A stretch of DNA of 64,000 bases from Clostridium thermobutyricum (GCA_016841565.1 JAENYX010000011.1:7549-71548), one strand, 5' to 3'. Positions 45,923 to 56,401 are shown, counted from the first letter of the stretch. Notes: generated from the letters alone by a model not told the origin. Made by a program: numbers and translations.

Positions 45923-47884
45923 TCATTCATACCGTATACCGGCCGGACTGAACTCCACACCTTCCCCCCGATAGTACTTGCTGAACATCTCATAGTATTC
46001 CAGGCGCAGCCCCTGAATAAATACAATAAGACCCTCCAGTCCGATAATGACTGCGTTGCCGATAATGTAAACCATGATGCCGCCGGCAGTATTTCCGGTC
46101 ATTTTTGCCATGGTTTCAAAGGCCATAAACAGCCCCACATGGTTGAGAGCAAAAGCACCAACCCTGACAAAGGATATGGTGCCGCTCAGCATGGCAAGTA
46201 ACGTTTCGAAGATGCCAAAACCGCTTTCTATGTAATAGCCGACAGCGTCTTCCTCATAAGCAGGCTGTCCAAGAAGACTGTTCGCCAGGGGTTCCCTGAC
46301 AACAATCAAAGTCATAAGAACAACCAGCAGAAAATAGCATATGCTGTTTGGTATAAAACTTTTTCCGGTGAAGGCATTCAGAATAAGAGTAATAAGCGTT
46401 AAATAGATTAACAATCCCGCTGTGCCGTTGGCCCCGAATAAGCCTTCTTTCAAGTCCCTTCGTTTGACGGCATTCCCTATACTGTACCCAAAGCTTATCA
46501 GCAGCAGCAGTACGCCAAAACCAACCGATCCCAGCAGCATCTGGTTTATATTAATTATTGGACGTATAAGCAGTGCCGGAATCACATGTTCAAATCCAAA
46601 GACACTGCCGTACAAAAGCCCGAACATGGCTGAACTGAAGCCTAAACGGATAAGAACATCGCCAAACAATCCATATTCCTTGTTCCTTCGGGCGAAAAAT
46701 CCCGTTGAAAGCAGCACAATACCCTGCCCCACATCGCCAAACATTGCCCCAAACAAAAGCATATAGGTAATACTTAAGAATATAGTAGGATCGGCCTCAT
46801 TATAGCTTGGGATTCCGTACATTTTCACCAGGCTTTCAAAGGGTTTTAGCAGCCAGGTGTTTTTGAGCTTTGTGGGAGGAATTATGTATTTATTTACTTC
46901 AGTAGTCTCTTTGAACATTATGTGCACATCGTTCCCGAACGTTTCAAAGGTCTTGACAATATGTTCCACATCCCTTTTGGGAATCCAGCCCGACAGGTAT
47001 AGGAAGTTTCCAGAATAAGCCATCTCCTTTTTGATGCGGCTTAATTCCTCCTCCAGTGCCAGCCTGCTGTAAGCCGTTTGAAGATAAGCCCCGTATACCT
47101 CCTCCAGCTTATATAAATCCTCCTTCAGCCCTTTAAGTTTGACACACAATTCTTTTTGCTTTTCACGTATGCTTTCCATTATTTGCCGATACGTACCCGA
47201 AAGATATTGGGATATCTCTAATTCATAAAAATTTAAAGACCTTAAAATCCTAACCGTCTCTGTCTCCAATTCCTTTGGAGAAATGACAAGGAAAATCTGT
47301 CCCTGTTGACAGGCGCCTATGTTTAACACCACTGCAGTAATATTGGCATAATTTCTCTTTAATCTGAGCCTGTTTTCCTTTGAAAGCATGCCAATTTTGT
47401 AGCTGAAGAATTGCAGTTCATTCAGCCGCTCCAGGTTTACATCCAATCCCTGAAAACATCTGAAGTGGTTTCCCAATTCCTCTACCCTTCCTGCCTCTTC
47501 CCGGACATTATCTATGGCTTCACCGACAGGAGAAGTTTTCCGGTATATTTCTTCAATCCTTTTTATATCCTCTTCAAAATTGTAATCATCCTCCAGGTGT
47601 TCTTTTTTAACAACCGGCTTTATATCAAACAACTTAAGCATATCTTTCATTTTTGCGGCAATATTGCTGTAATCGGCGTTCTCCTCATAGGGCTTAATCA
47701 AAACAATGTCGGCCAGCTCCTGGATGTTTTCCTCTTCCACAGGCAGTGTAAAATTACTTTCATCCACCTCATGCAGAGCATTGACCAGATGGACATTGCC
47801 CAGCAGAGCAATTTCTCTGGCTACGTTGTGCAAGTATTCAATAGGCGCAACGAGATTCAACATTTTCATATTCTCAACTGTCAT
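45923..47884 (-). CDS. ntpI: V/A-type ATPase subunit I (a)
   Basis: LSGWIP; FGAMFGDVGQG; ISFVRVGAFALNH; IQGLRLEYYE. Confidence 0.94.
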   Translation of the reverse strand: MTVENMKMLNLVAPIEYLHNVAREIALLGNVHLVNALHEVDESNFTLPVEEENIQELADIVLIKPYEENADYSNIAAKMKDMLKLFDIKPVVKKEHLEDDYNFEEDIKRIEEIYRKTSPVGEAIDNVREEAGRVEELGNHFRCFQGLDVNLERLNELQFFSYKIGMLSKENRLRLKRNYANITAVVLNIGACQQGQIFLVISPKELETETVRILRSLNFYELEISQYLSGTYRQIMESIREKQKELCVKLKGLKEDLYKLEEVYGAYLQTAYSRLALEEELSRIKKEMAYSGNFLYLSGWIPKRDVEHIVKTFETFGNDVHIMFKETTEVNKYIIPPTKLKNTWLLKPFESLVKMYGIPSYNEADPTIFLSITYMLLFGAMFGDVGQGIVLLSTGFFARRNKEYGLFGDVLIRLGFSSAMFGLLYGSVFGFEHVIPALLIRPIININQMLLGSVGFGVLLLLISFGYSIGNAVKRRDLKEGLFGANGTAGLLIYLTLITLILNAFTGKSFIPNSICYFLLVVLMTLIVVREPLANSLLGQPAYEEDAVGYYIESGFGIFETLLAMLSGTISFVRVGAFALNHVGLFMAFETMAKMTGNTAGGIMVYIIGNAVIIGLEGLIVFIQGLRLEYYEMFSKYYRGEGVEFSPAGIRYE

Positions 47885-47898
47885 AGGCCAGCCTCCTT

Positions 47899-48945
47899 TC
47901 AAATCTTTCTAATAAGGAATCCCTTGGACTGTTCGAGGTCTAACCGGTATTTTACGGCTTCAATTACCGAAGAAATATCTCTAATCTCAAATTCCAGGAG
48001 ATGTATATATACATTGGTTTCAATGATATTCATTTTTTCCCGCCGCTTGTATTCCAAAAACAGAAAATACAGATATCGCTTAATACGCCTTTCCATGAAC
48101 ACTTCCAGGGTAGTTTTATTATCAAATAAAAAGCCATATTTCGAGCCGGCCATTTTATCAGCCAATTCTTTCGCATTTTCCGAGTAGCACAAATCTTTGA
48201 TTTTCTTATAATTCAGTACATATCCATTTTGCAGTGTATAATTTATCAGCTCTTCCGGTGGTAATTTATAAAATTTCAACCCCCTGTAAATCCACTGCAG
48301 GTTCAAAAGATCAATATTTTTCCCAAGCAGCTCCCTGATAAGCTTGTTGTCCTGCCTATTCAGCTTCTCTGCCTGCCGGTTCAAAAGCTGAAAATACAGC
48401 TTATCCAATACCATCTCCATGTAGAAAAGCCTCTTGCCCGGCTTTTCATTTAAATAGGGCTTTAATAAATGGTAATAAACGGTGCCCTTTAGACTTTCGA
48501 TGCATCTTTCGAGACTCTTCGCCCCATCCAGGCGTTGTTTATCAAAGCTGGTATAATTGCCCGGAAGAATGGTGAATTGCCCAGCCTTTGATTGGTCTCC
48601 CTCTCTGTTAACGGTCCGCAGATAAACCTTTAAATCCTCCATTTCGTAACGCAGGACCAGCAAGCGGAAGAACCTTTTATACTCACCGGTAAAATAATGA
48701 ATTAGCTTTTCAATCTGCCGGGCTATGTGCTTTTTAAATAGTATTTCCAATTCCTTGGCCTGTATATTATCCAAATCGGCATCTTTCAAAATGCTTTTGT
48801 AGGCAGTATAATCTTTCAGATACCGGGCAATCTCAGTCACGCTCTTTTTTGTCAGTATTTTCCGGAAATCTTCATCCGACAGCAGGCTTCCTTCCAAGGC
48901 AAGTACTTTTGTATTGACCGCCGCAAATCGTTTTATATTTCTCAC
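47899..48945 (-). CDS. ntpC: V/A-type ATPase subunit C (d)
   Basis: AVNTKV.A...LL; IDLLNL..IYR; operon position. Confidence 0.85.
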   Translation of the reverse strand: MRNIKRFAAVNTKVLALEGSLLSDEDFRKILTKKSVTEIARYLKDYTAYKSILKDADLDNIQAKELEILFKKHIARQIEKLIHYFTGEYKRFFRLLVLRYEMEDLKVYLRTVNREGDQSKAGQFTILPGNYTSFDKQRLDGAKSLERCIESLKGTVYYHLLKPYLNEKPGKRLFYMEMVLDKLYFQLLNRQAEKLNRQDNKLIRELLGKNIDLLNLQWIYRGLKFYKLPPEELINYTLQNGYVLNYKKIKDLCYSENAKELADKMAGSKYGFLFDNKTTLEVFMERRIKRYLYFLFLEYKRREKMNIIETNVYIHLLEFEIRDISSVIEAVKYRLDLEQSKGFLIRKI

Positions 48946-48974
48946 TTCTCCCGCTCCTTATTGTATCGGTTGAA

Positions 48975-49286
48975 TTATTTAAAAAAAATCTGCTCGAAAA
49001 TGTCTTTTTCCAGTCCTTCATGTATATCAATAAATATTCGTTCTAATTCCCGGCATTCACTGTCGGCTTGCTCCAGAATATTTTGTTTTTCTAGGTCAGC
49101 TTCTTTTATAAGCCCTTCATAAATCTTCTGCCCCGTCTCCCTGGCTTTATGGAGCATTTCCCTTTCCATCCGGGCAATGCTCTCGTTAAGCTGTGATTGA
49201 TTGTTTTTCAGCAGCTCTTGCATACCTTCCATGATTGTCAGTGCCGTATTGTCCATTTCTATGATTTTGTTAATGATATTGTTCAC
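48975..49286 (-). CDS. V/A-type ATPase peripheral-stalk subunit (G/H-like)
   Basis: 103-aa charged helical protein first in the operon. Confidence 0.7.
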   Translation of the reverse strand: MNNIINKIIEMDNTALTIMEGMQELLKNNQSQLNESIARMEREMLHKARETGQKIYEGLIKEADLEKQNILEQADSECRELERIFIDIHEGLEKDIFEQIFFK

Positions 49287-49483
49287 TTTTTCACCTCAAT
49301 ACAAAGCGTTATAAGATGCCGAGTATGTTGATTGGCATTCTGTATTGTAATCTGCCGGCAGTTTCTTCTTTGCACCGGCCTTGGCAGCTTCCCATAAAAA
49401 CACCACAGACCGTTCTTTGATATTTTACCCAAACAAAGCCGGTATAGCATTATTATTTATTTATGAAACGAAAATAATTATCC

Positions 49484-49655
49484 CATATATAACGTGCTTA
49501 AGGCTTTACATCTCTTAACGTGTCATCCTGAACGTAAAGATTGCCATCCTGAGCCAAGCGAAGGATCTTATGTCCGTCTTCAAGTCGGATTCTTGGGGCT
49601 TCGCCCTCTTAAATGACAGGTAGAGAAATGTAATATTATTAATGCGTTATATACA
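49484..49655 (+). mobile_element. TATA-ended MITE-like element, copy B
   Basis: CATATATAACGTGCTTAAGGCTTTACATCTC...GAAATGTAATATTATTAATGCGTTATATACA; duplicated left REP half. Confidence 0.8.
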
Positions 49656-49703
49656 ACCTACCTTTTAATGCTGTCACCCAGGCCTTCTAATTAGTAAAAT
49701 ACA

Positions 49704-49732
49704 TTGCAAATAAGCATTTTTATATTTATAAT
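49704..49732 (+). promoter_or_regulatory. Sigma-A promoter of plus-strand hypothetical gene
   Basis: TTGCAA-N17-TATAAT. Confidence 0.7.
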
Positions 49733-49765
49733 AGAATTAACGTAAAATTCCAAGGGAGTGATGAA

Positions 49766-50161
49766 ATGAAGGATACAATATTCGATGAGTTTCAAAGCTC
49801 TGTTCCTCAATTTTTAGTGCGACATAAAAGCGTATTGGATATTATAACCAAACACCAGGAGGCCAGCACAAGAGTCAACCGCGCAATAGTAAAAGCCGTA
49901 ACCAACTGCGGTTGTATTCGAATAGACGCGCAAAAGCAAAGCCCCCCCTCCGACACATCGCTCAAAGAGCTGTCAAATTTCATGGATACCCATATTAGGG
50001 GGAAGCTGTGTGAAAACTGCAAGGAAGTTATTGAAAGCGAGCTGGGGGCAAACTTGTTTTACATAGCCGCAATCTGCGACCTGTTCGATATGGATCTTTA
50101 CGATGTCATGCTTAAGGAATATAAGAAGATAAAAACCCTTGGAATATATAATATGCTTTAG
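49766..50161 (+). CDS. Conserved clostridial hypothetical protein with Cys pairs and MazG-like C-terminal helix
   Basis: GGGAG RBS, own promoter and terminator; CGC and CENC motifs; ELGANLFY. Confidence 0.85.
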   Translation: MKDTIFDEFQSSVPQFLVRHKSVLDIITKHQEASTRVNRAIVKAVTNCGCIRIDAQKQSPPSDTSLKELSNFMDTHIRGKLCENCKEVIESELGANLFYIAAICDLFDMDLYDVMLKEYKKIKTLGIYNML

Positions 50162-50233
50162 CTTTGCTTGATGATTCGGGCCGGATTATGCGGCCGGTCT
50201 GTAACAGCCATAGGTATCAGTAAAGAATATATT

Positions 50234-50261
50234 TATAAGGGCCCCTTCGGGGCCCTTTATA
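50234..50261. terminator. Probable bidirectional terminator between convergent genes
   Basis: AAGGGCCCC-TTC-GGGGCCCTT with AT-rich flanks. Confidence 0.7.
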
Positions 50262-50307
50262 TTATCCGTTCATTCCTTTATGAATTCCCCTTTATACCCA
50301 CCGTGGC

Positions 50308-51666
50308 CTATCCCTCCAGCGCCGCCCCGATTGCTTCCTTTATATTGCCAACTCCAATTATTTTGCCTGCTTTCCGGTCTATCTGCTTTAAGTTATCCCT
50401 TGGAATAATACAATTATCAAAGCCAAGCTTTCTTGCCTCTGAAACCCTTCTATCTATGGAATTAACCGCCCTAACCTCTCCCGTCAGACCAACTTCGCCG
50501 ATTACCACAGCGGCCTTGTCAACCGGCAGATTTTTGAAGCTGGATGCAACGGCTACAACTATGCCTAAATCCACAGCCGGTTCATCGGTCTTTAGCCCGC
50601 CTACCACATTTAGGAATGCATCCTGTCCCTGGACCTGCATACCCAGCCTCTTCTCCATAACTGCCATCAGCATGGACAGCCTGTTGTAATCTATCCCTGT
50701 GGCCATCCTTCTCGGCATCCCCAGATTTGAAGTGCTTACCAGCGCCTGAAGCTCAATAAGCATTGGCCGGGTCCCTTCCATACTGCATACCACCACTGTA
50801 CCCGGAACGCCTGCAGGCCTTCCCTCCAGCATGAATTCAGACGGGTTTGGAACCTCAACAAGACCCTTGTCTTTCATCTCAAAGACCCCTATCTCGTTGG
50901 TGGAGCCGTATCTGTTCTTTACAGATCTTACTACCCTGTAGCTGTGGTATCTTTCCCCCTCAAAATACAGCACGGTATCCACCATATGCTCCAGGACCCT
51001 TGGTCCTGCAATTGCTCCCTGCTTAGTTACATGTCCTATGATAAATGTAGGAATTGAAAAGGTTTTTGCCATCCTAAGCAGCCTTGCCGTGGCTTCCCTT
51101 ACCTGGCTGACGCTGCCGGGAGCAGAAGAAATTTCCGGCGTATAAACCGTTTGTATTGAATCTATTATAATCATATCAGGAACCAGCCTTTTGACCTGCT
51201 CCAAAATGATGTCCAGATCCGTTTCTCCCAGTACAAAGATATTTTGATTGTTTATGTCCAATCTTTCTCCTCTTATCTTTATCTGTTTTACCGATTCCTC
51301 TCCTGAGACATAAAGCGTCTTATGTGACCGGGGTATGCTTCCTGCCAGTTGAAGAAGGAGAGTGGATTTACCTATGCCCGGGTCCCCGCCGACCAGAACC
51401 AAAGAACCCTTAACTATCCCGCCTCCCAAAACTCTGTCAAGTTCGGCTATTCCTGTGCTGCCTCTGGCTTCCATTGAAAGGTCAATCCGGTCCATTGGGA
51501 CAGGTTTATTATTCTCTCCACTGCCAGAAGCCTTCCGGCCGGTCGCTTTGTTAATCAATTCTTCGATCATGGTATTCCATTCATCGCATGACGGACATCT
51601 TCCCATCCATTTCGGACTCTCGTAGCCACAGCTCTGACAGACAAATACGCTCTTTGCTTTAGCCAT
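50308..51666 (-). CDS. radA: DNA repair protein RadA/Sms
   Basis: C4 zinc finger, GDPGIGKST, KNRYG, IGEVGLTGEVR. Confidence 0.97.
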   Translation of the reverse strand: MAKAKSVFVCQSCGYESPKWMGRCPSCDEWNTMIEELINKATGRKASGSGENNKPVPMDRIDLSMEARGSTGIAELDRVLGGGIVKGSLVLVGGDPGIGKSTLLLQLAGSIPRSHKTLYVSGEESVKQIKIRGERLDINNQNIFVLGETDLDIILEQVKRLVPDMIIIDSIQTVYTPEISSAPGSVSQVREATARLLRMAKTFSIPTFIIGHVTKQGAIAGPRVLEHMVDTVLYFEGERYHSYRVVRSVKNRYGSTNEIGVFEMKDKGLVEVPNPSEFMLEGRPAGVPGTVVVCSMEGTRPMLIELQALVSTSNLGMPRRMATGIDYNRLSMLMAVMEKRLGMQVQGQDAFLNVVGGLKTDEPAVDLGIVVAVASSFKNLPVDKAAVVIGEVGLTGEVRAVNSIDRRVSEARKLGFDNCIIPRDNLKQIDRKAGKIIGVGNIKEAIGAALEG

Positions 51667-51740
51667 GTACTTATCCCCTTTACCCTTGTTTTTTTCTCTG
51701 TCACCAATTTTGAAAAAGCCCAATACTATTGCTTACACTC

Positions 51741-51778
51741 CAAAAGCAAACAGGGGATCTGTCCCCTGTTTGCTTTTG
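51741..51778. terminator. Perfect 17-bp hairpin after clpC (terminator / REP-like)
   Basis: CAAAAGCAAACAGGGGA-TCTG-TCCCCTGTTTGCTTTTG. Confidence 0.7.
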
Positions 51779-51783
51779 CATGT

Positions 51784-54219
51784 TCATTTGGGTTTTACCG
51801 TTATAATTCCATCCTTTGCATCAATAATTACGGTGTCCCCTTCCTTGATGTTGGCACTCAGCATCTCCTCCGACAGCTTATCCTCTATCATGCTCTGTAT
51901 TGCCCGCCGCAAAGGCCTTGCTCCGTACATCTGATCAAAACCTTCTTTTGCAATTATCTCTTTTGCCTCCCGGCTGACTTCAAGTGAAAGCTGCAAGCTT
52001 TTTACCCTCTCGGACAGGTTGGCCAGCATCAAATCCACTATTTTTAATATATGGTCTTGCTCCAATTGGTGGAATACAATAACTTCATCCACCCGGTTGA
52101 GAAACTCCGGCCGGAATGTCTTTTTGAGTTCTTCCATTATCTTTTCCTTCATCTTCTGGTATTCGTCCTTTTTAGTATCCTCGGCCACACCTGCGAACCC
52201 AAGATTTTTTTGCTTTCTGATTGTATGGGCCCCCACATTGGAAGTCATTATTACAACGGTATTTTTAAAGTCCACAGTACGGCCCTTAGCATCCGTCAGT
52301 CGGCCGTCCTCCAGAATCTGCAGAAGTATATTAAATACATCGGGATGGGCTTTCTCTATCTCATCCATCAAAATTACCGAATAGGGCCTTCGTCGGACCT
52401 TCTCGGTAAGCTGTCCGCCTTCTTCATACCCAACATATCCCGGAGGTGAGCCCACCAGTCTTGATACCGAATGCTTCTCCATATATTCGGACATATCCAC
52501 TCTGATTGTAGCGTCCTCGTCTCCAAACAAGGCTTCGGCAAGGGCTCTGGAAAGCTCGGTCTTGCCCACCCCCGTAGGACCAAGAAATATGAACGAACCT
52601 ATAGGCCTTTTGGGGTCCTTGAGACCAACCCTGGCCCTCCTTACAGCTCTGGCAACAGCCTTAACCGCCTCATCCTGGCCTATCACCCTTTTATGCAGCA
52701 CATCTTCCATTTTTACAAGACGTTCGCTTTCTTCTTCTGCAAGCTTGGTGACAGGGATTCCTGTCCAATCGGACGTTATGATTGCTATATCTTCCTCATC
52801 CACCACTGCAGTGGTTTTCCGGGTATCTTTTTCCCAATTCCCTTTTATATCGTTCAGTTGTTGTTTCAGTTTTTGTTCCTCATCCCTTAAACTTGCGGCC
52901 TTTTCAAACTCCTGATGGCTTATGGCCTCTTCCTTTTCTTTTTTCAGCCCTTCTATCTTTACCTCCAGCTCCTTTAGTTCAGGTGGAGCCGTTATGGTTT
53001 TTATCCTTATCTTGGAAGCCGCTTCATCTATTAAATCTATGGCTTTGTCGGGAAGAAATCTGTCGGCAATATACCTGTCGGACAGTGCAGCGGCTGCCAC
53101 TATGGCTTTGTCGGTTATCTTGACCCTGTGATGGGATTCGTATTTGTCCCTCAACCCTTTGAGAATGCCAATGGTCTCGTCAACGGTGGGCTCGCCAACC
53201 TCAATCGGTTGAAACCTTCGCTCCAGGGCAGGGTCCTTTTCAACATGCTTCCTGTATTCCTCAAGGGTGGTGGCTCCAATTGCCTGAATTTCTCCGCGGG
53301 CTAGTGCAGGCTTTAGGATATTGGAGGCATCAATTGCGCCTTCTGCGGCGCCTGCTCCTATTATGGTGTGCATTTCATCAATAAAGAGTATTACATTGGC
53401 TGTCTGAATGAGCTCAGCCATTACCTTTTTAAGTCTGTCTTCAAATTCACCACGGTATTTGGCGCCTGCAACCATGGAAGCAAGGTCCAGCGTAACCACC
53501 CTTTTGCCTTTCAGTATTTCTGGTACCTTCCCTTCCACTATTTTTTGGGCCAGGCCTTCTGCTATGGCAGTTTTTCCTACCCCCGGCTCCCCTATAAGTA
53601 CCGGATTGTTTTTGGTCCGACGGCTTAGTATTTGTATTACCCTTTCAATTTCCCTGAATCTTCCTATAACGGGATCGAGTTTGCCTTCCCTGACCATTTG
53701 CGTCAGATCCCGGCCGTACTGGTTCAGTGTCGGCGTTTCAGTTTTGTTTTGCGCAGAATCCCCTTGATTGGAAGTTTGGCTGCTCAAAGTTTTTATAATT
53801 TCTTCTCTGGCTTTGCCAAGGTCAACATTTAAATCCCTCAGTACCTTTGCGGCTATCCCTTCGCCCTCCCTTATAAGTCCAAGCAGTATGTGCTCTGTAC
53901 CGACGTAATTATGATTCATCCGCCGGGCTTCAAGGTAGCTGAGCTCCAATACTCTTTTGGACCTGGGCGTCAGGTCTATTTCCTGGTCCACGGGGCTGTC
54001 ATAGCCTCTGCCAATGAATTCTTCTATTTTCTCAATGACCTTTGCAGAATCAACTCCCATACCCTTCAGTATCTGGGCGGCAATGCCCTTGCCTTCCTTT
54101 ATTAATCCCAGCAGCAAATGCTCTGTGCCTACATTTTTATGATTTAGCTGAGCAGCTTCCTGACGGGAAATCAATATTACTTTTTGCGCTCTTTCAGTAA
54201 ATCTCTCGAATATATCCAT
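51784..54219 (-). CDS. clpC: ATP-dependent Clp protease ATPase ClpC
   Basis: Clp-N repeats, GEPGVGKT and [11 protein letters not shown] middle domain, YGARPLRR. Confidence 0.98.
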   Translation of the reverse strand: MDIFERFTERAQKVILISRQEAAQLNHKNVGTEHLLLGLIKEGKGIAAQILKGMGVDSAKVIEKIEEFIGRGYDSPVDQEIDLTPRSKRVLELSYLEARRMNHNYVGTEHILLGLIREGEGIAAKVLRDLNVDLGKAREEIIKTLSSQTSNQGDSAQNKTETPTLNQYGRDLTQMVREGKLDPVIGRFREIERVIQILSRRTKNNPVLIGEPGVGKTAIAEGLAQKIVEGKVPEILKGKRVVTLDLASMVAGAKYRGEFEDRLKKVMAELIQTANVILFIDEMHTIIGAGAAEGAIDASNILKPALARGEIQAIGATTLEEYRKHVEKDPALERRFQPIEVGEPTVDETIGILKGLRDKYESHHRVKITDKAIVAAAALSDRYIADRFLPDKAIDLIDEAASKIRIKTITAPPELKELEVKIEGLKKEKEEAISHQEFEKAASLRDEEQKLKQQLNDIKGNWEKDTRKTTAVVDEEDIAIITSDWTGIPVTKLAEEESERLVKMEDVLHKRVIGQDEAVKAVARAVRRARVGLKDPKRPIGSFIFLGPTGVGKTELSRALAEALFGDEDATIRVDMSEYMEKHSVSRLVGSPPGYVGYEEGGQLTEKVRRRPYSVILMDEIEKAHPDVFNILLQILEDGRLTDAKGRTVDFKNTVVIMTSNVGAHTIRKQKNLGFAGVAEDTKKDEYQKMKEKIMEELKKTFRPEFLNRVDEVIVFHQLEQDHILKIVDLMLANLSERVKSLQLSLEVSREAKEIIAKEGFDQMYGARPLRRAIQSMIEDKLSEEMLSANIKEGDTVIIDAKDGIITVKPK

Positions 54220-54231
54220 GAAAATTCCTCC

Positions 54232-55254
54232 TTATTTTAGCTTTTTTCTTATCAATTCTGCTCTTAGTGTATCCCTCTCCATATCCGAAAGCTGTTTTCG
54301 GGCTATTTTCTGCAGGGAAGCCGGCTGTGACTGCAGCATTATCTCATTCAAGTCTTTTGTGGTGACACCGGTTACCAGATTTAAATCCACGCCCAGTCTA
54401 ACATCCGACAATAATTCCATAAGCTCCTTGGAAGGCAAAATTCTTGCCCCTGTCAGCAGTCCGTAGGACCTGCATACCTTATCCTCCAGTTCCACCCTGT
54501 TATTGCTCATTAAAGCATCCCTTGCCTGATTTTCCTTGTTTATTATTTCCCTGGTCATACCCTTAAGGCTTTCTATTATATGCTCTTCAGATTTCCCAAG
54601 AGTCAGCTGGTTGGAAATCTGAACCATATTGCCCACCACATCGGTTCCTTCTCCATAAATCCCCCTAACGGCAAGTCCCAGCTGAGTTAACGCCTGGAAA
54701 ACCCTGCTAAGCTGATTGGTAAGAACCAGCGCCGGAAGATGGGCCATCACCGAAACCCGCATACCGGTACCGGTATTGGTAGGGCAGGCGGTAAGATAAC
54801 CCATCCTTTCATCAAAGGCATAGTTTATTGTCTCTTCCAGAACATCATCAATTTTACCCGCAAGATCCCATCCCTCTTCCAATTGAAGTCCCGGAAGCAG
54901 TATTTGCATCCTTATATGGTCTTCTTCATTCACCATTATACTCACACGATAGTCCTTCCGGATAAAAACCGCCGAATGCTTATGCCTTTCCGCTAAAGCC
55001 GGACTTATCATATGGTTTTCTATCAAAACCCTGGAATCAAGGGGTGAAATATCCTTCAGCACAGTAAGGCTGAATTCTCTGGCCAAAACAGGATTCCGGT
55101 CGATAGCTTCCTTGATAATATCAACTACTTTGGCTGAGCCCTTTTCATTTAATCTGTCGGGAAACGGTATGCCCTGTATATTTCTGGCAAGCCTAATCCG
55201 GGAACTAAGAACTATATGGTTATCAGGCCCATCACCATTAATCCAGTCTAACAT
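54232..55254 (-). CDS. mcsB: Protein arginine kinase
   Basis: SSRIRLARN; NEEDH; TACPTNTGTG. Confidence 0.97.
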   Translation of the reverse strand: MLDWINGDGPDNHIVLSSRIRLARNIQGIPFPDRLNEKGSAKVVDIIKEAIDRNPVLAREFSLTVLKDISPLDSRVLIENHMISPALAERHKHSAVFIRKDYRVSIMVNEEDHIRMQILLPGLQLEEGWDLAGKIDDVLEETINYAFDERMGYLTACPTNTGTGMRVSVMAHLPALVLTNQLSRVFQALTQLGLAVRGIYGEGTDVVGNMVQISNQLTLGKSEEHIIESLKGMTREIINKENQARDALMSNNRVELEDKVCRSYGLLTGARILPSKELMELLSDVRLGVDLNLVTGVTTKDLNEIMLQSQPASLQKIARKQLSDMERDTLRAELIRKKLK

Positions 55255-55256
55255 TC

Positions 55257-55769
55257 TCAGCCCTCCTTCTTGTTGCTTTTATTAATACTTTTTATCCTGT
55301 CGCGGAGCTCGGCAGCCCTCTCATACTCCTCTGCTCTGACGGCTCTTTCCAATTCCTCCTTCAGGCTGTCAATCTCCTTTTTAACTCTTAGGGAGCTTCC
55401 TACCCGCTTGGGTATTTTACCCGAATGCTGTATATTGCCCTGAATCTTTTTTAATAACGGAAGCAGCCTGTCTCTGTATGAAGCATAGCACGCATCGCAG
55501 CCCAGTTTTCCGGTTTTTCTGAATTCCCCGAAGTTCTGCCCGCATTGGCTGCATTTTGCTGTTTCCAGCTTCTCTATCTTTATTGGCGTTTCCATCCCCA
55601 TATCCAAAAGAGATGACAACAATGCATTTATTGAGAAGGAATCATCGGCCAGCATACCCTTCTCCTTCATTGCACACTCTTTGCAAAGATGAAGCTCCTG
55701 CTTCTTTCCGTTTATTGTTGTAATCCTATGAATCACTGCCGGATTTTTTCCGCATTTATCACAAACCAT
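55257..55769 (-). CDS. mcsA: McsB activator McsA
   Basis: Four CxxC motifs plus UVR motif EEYERAAELRD. Confidence 0.96.
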   Translation of the reverse strand: MVCDKCGKNPAVIHRITTINGKKQELHLCKECAMKEKGMLADDSFSINALLSSLLDMGMETPIKIEKLETAKCSQCGQNFGEFRKTGKLGCDACYASYRDRLLPLLKKIQGNIQHSGKIPKRVGSSLRVKKEIDSLKEELERAVRAEEYERAAELRDRIKSINKSNKKEG

Positions 55770-55811
55770 TATATTTCCTCCTTTCGCAAATTGCAGAGAC
55801 CAGATACCCCA

Positions 55812-56273
55812 TTAACCGGTGACCAATACCGAGAGCATGGATTTCAGCAGGCTTGCCCTCACAACGTCCTTGGATGGCGAAAACACATTTAAGCTCTTGT
55901 CATTAACAGCGGCATCCATTATCAGTCTTTCCCTCCGGGTAAGAATACCCTTCTCCTCCATATTGGCCAGTATTCTGGCAGCATCAAGCTGGGATATGCT
56001 GTTCCCTATATACTCATATATTATATGTCCGATATAGGGCTTGGTATCGGTATGCAGTTTCTGAATTCTGATAAAGCCGCCCCCGCCTCTTCTGCTCACA
56101 ATATAATATCCTTTATCTATAGTAAATCTGGTTGAAAGCACATAGTTTATCTGTGACGGAGCGCAGTTAAAATGGTCGGCCAGCTCATTCCTCTGTATCT
56201 CCAGCATACCCGTCTGTGCATCTCTCATAAGTTCCTTTATAAACTGTTCTATTATATCGCTTAAACGTGCCAT
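55812..56273 (-). CDS. ctsR: Class III heat-shock repressor CtsR
   Basis: LSDIIEQFIK; CAPSQINYVL; SRRGGGGFIRI. Confidence 0.97.
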   Translation of the reverse strand: MARLSDIIEQFIKELMRDAQTGMLEIQRNELADHFNCAPSQINYVLSTRFTIDKGYYIVSRRGGGGFIRIQKLHTDTKPYIGHIIYEYIGNSISQLDAARILANMEEKGILTRRERLIMDAAVNDKSLNVFSPSKDVVRASLLKSMLSVLVTG

Positions 56274-56292
56274 TGCATCACCTCTGCAGTAA

Positions 56293-56344
56293 TTTGACTT
56301 TCTTTGACTATTAATATTATAGTAAATCTTCCAAAGCTTTTCAA
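56293..56344 (-). promoter_or_regulatory. Sigma-A promoter with downstream CtsR operator
   Basis: TTGAAA-N17-TATAAT, then AGTCAAA-GAA-AGTCAAA (56293-56309) matching the CtsR direct-repeat consensus. Confidence 0.92.
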
Positions 56345-56401
56345 TAGGGTTCACCATATTTTTTCCCTATAAAATGCAGAATTAATCAATCTTCCCCATA
56401 T

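Noticed and set aside
39846-49655. Composite transposon formed by MITE copies A and B around the V-ATPase
   Set aside because: The interval includes the native carD, the copies are diverged and no shared target duplication is visible.
56274-56357. N-terminal extension of CtsR
   Set aside because: Covers the promoter and CtsR box; the real start is 56273.
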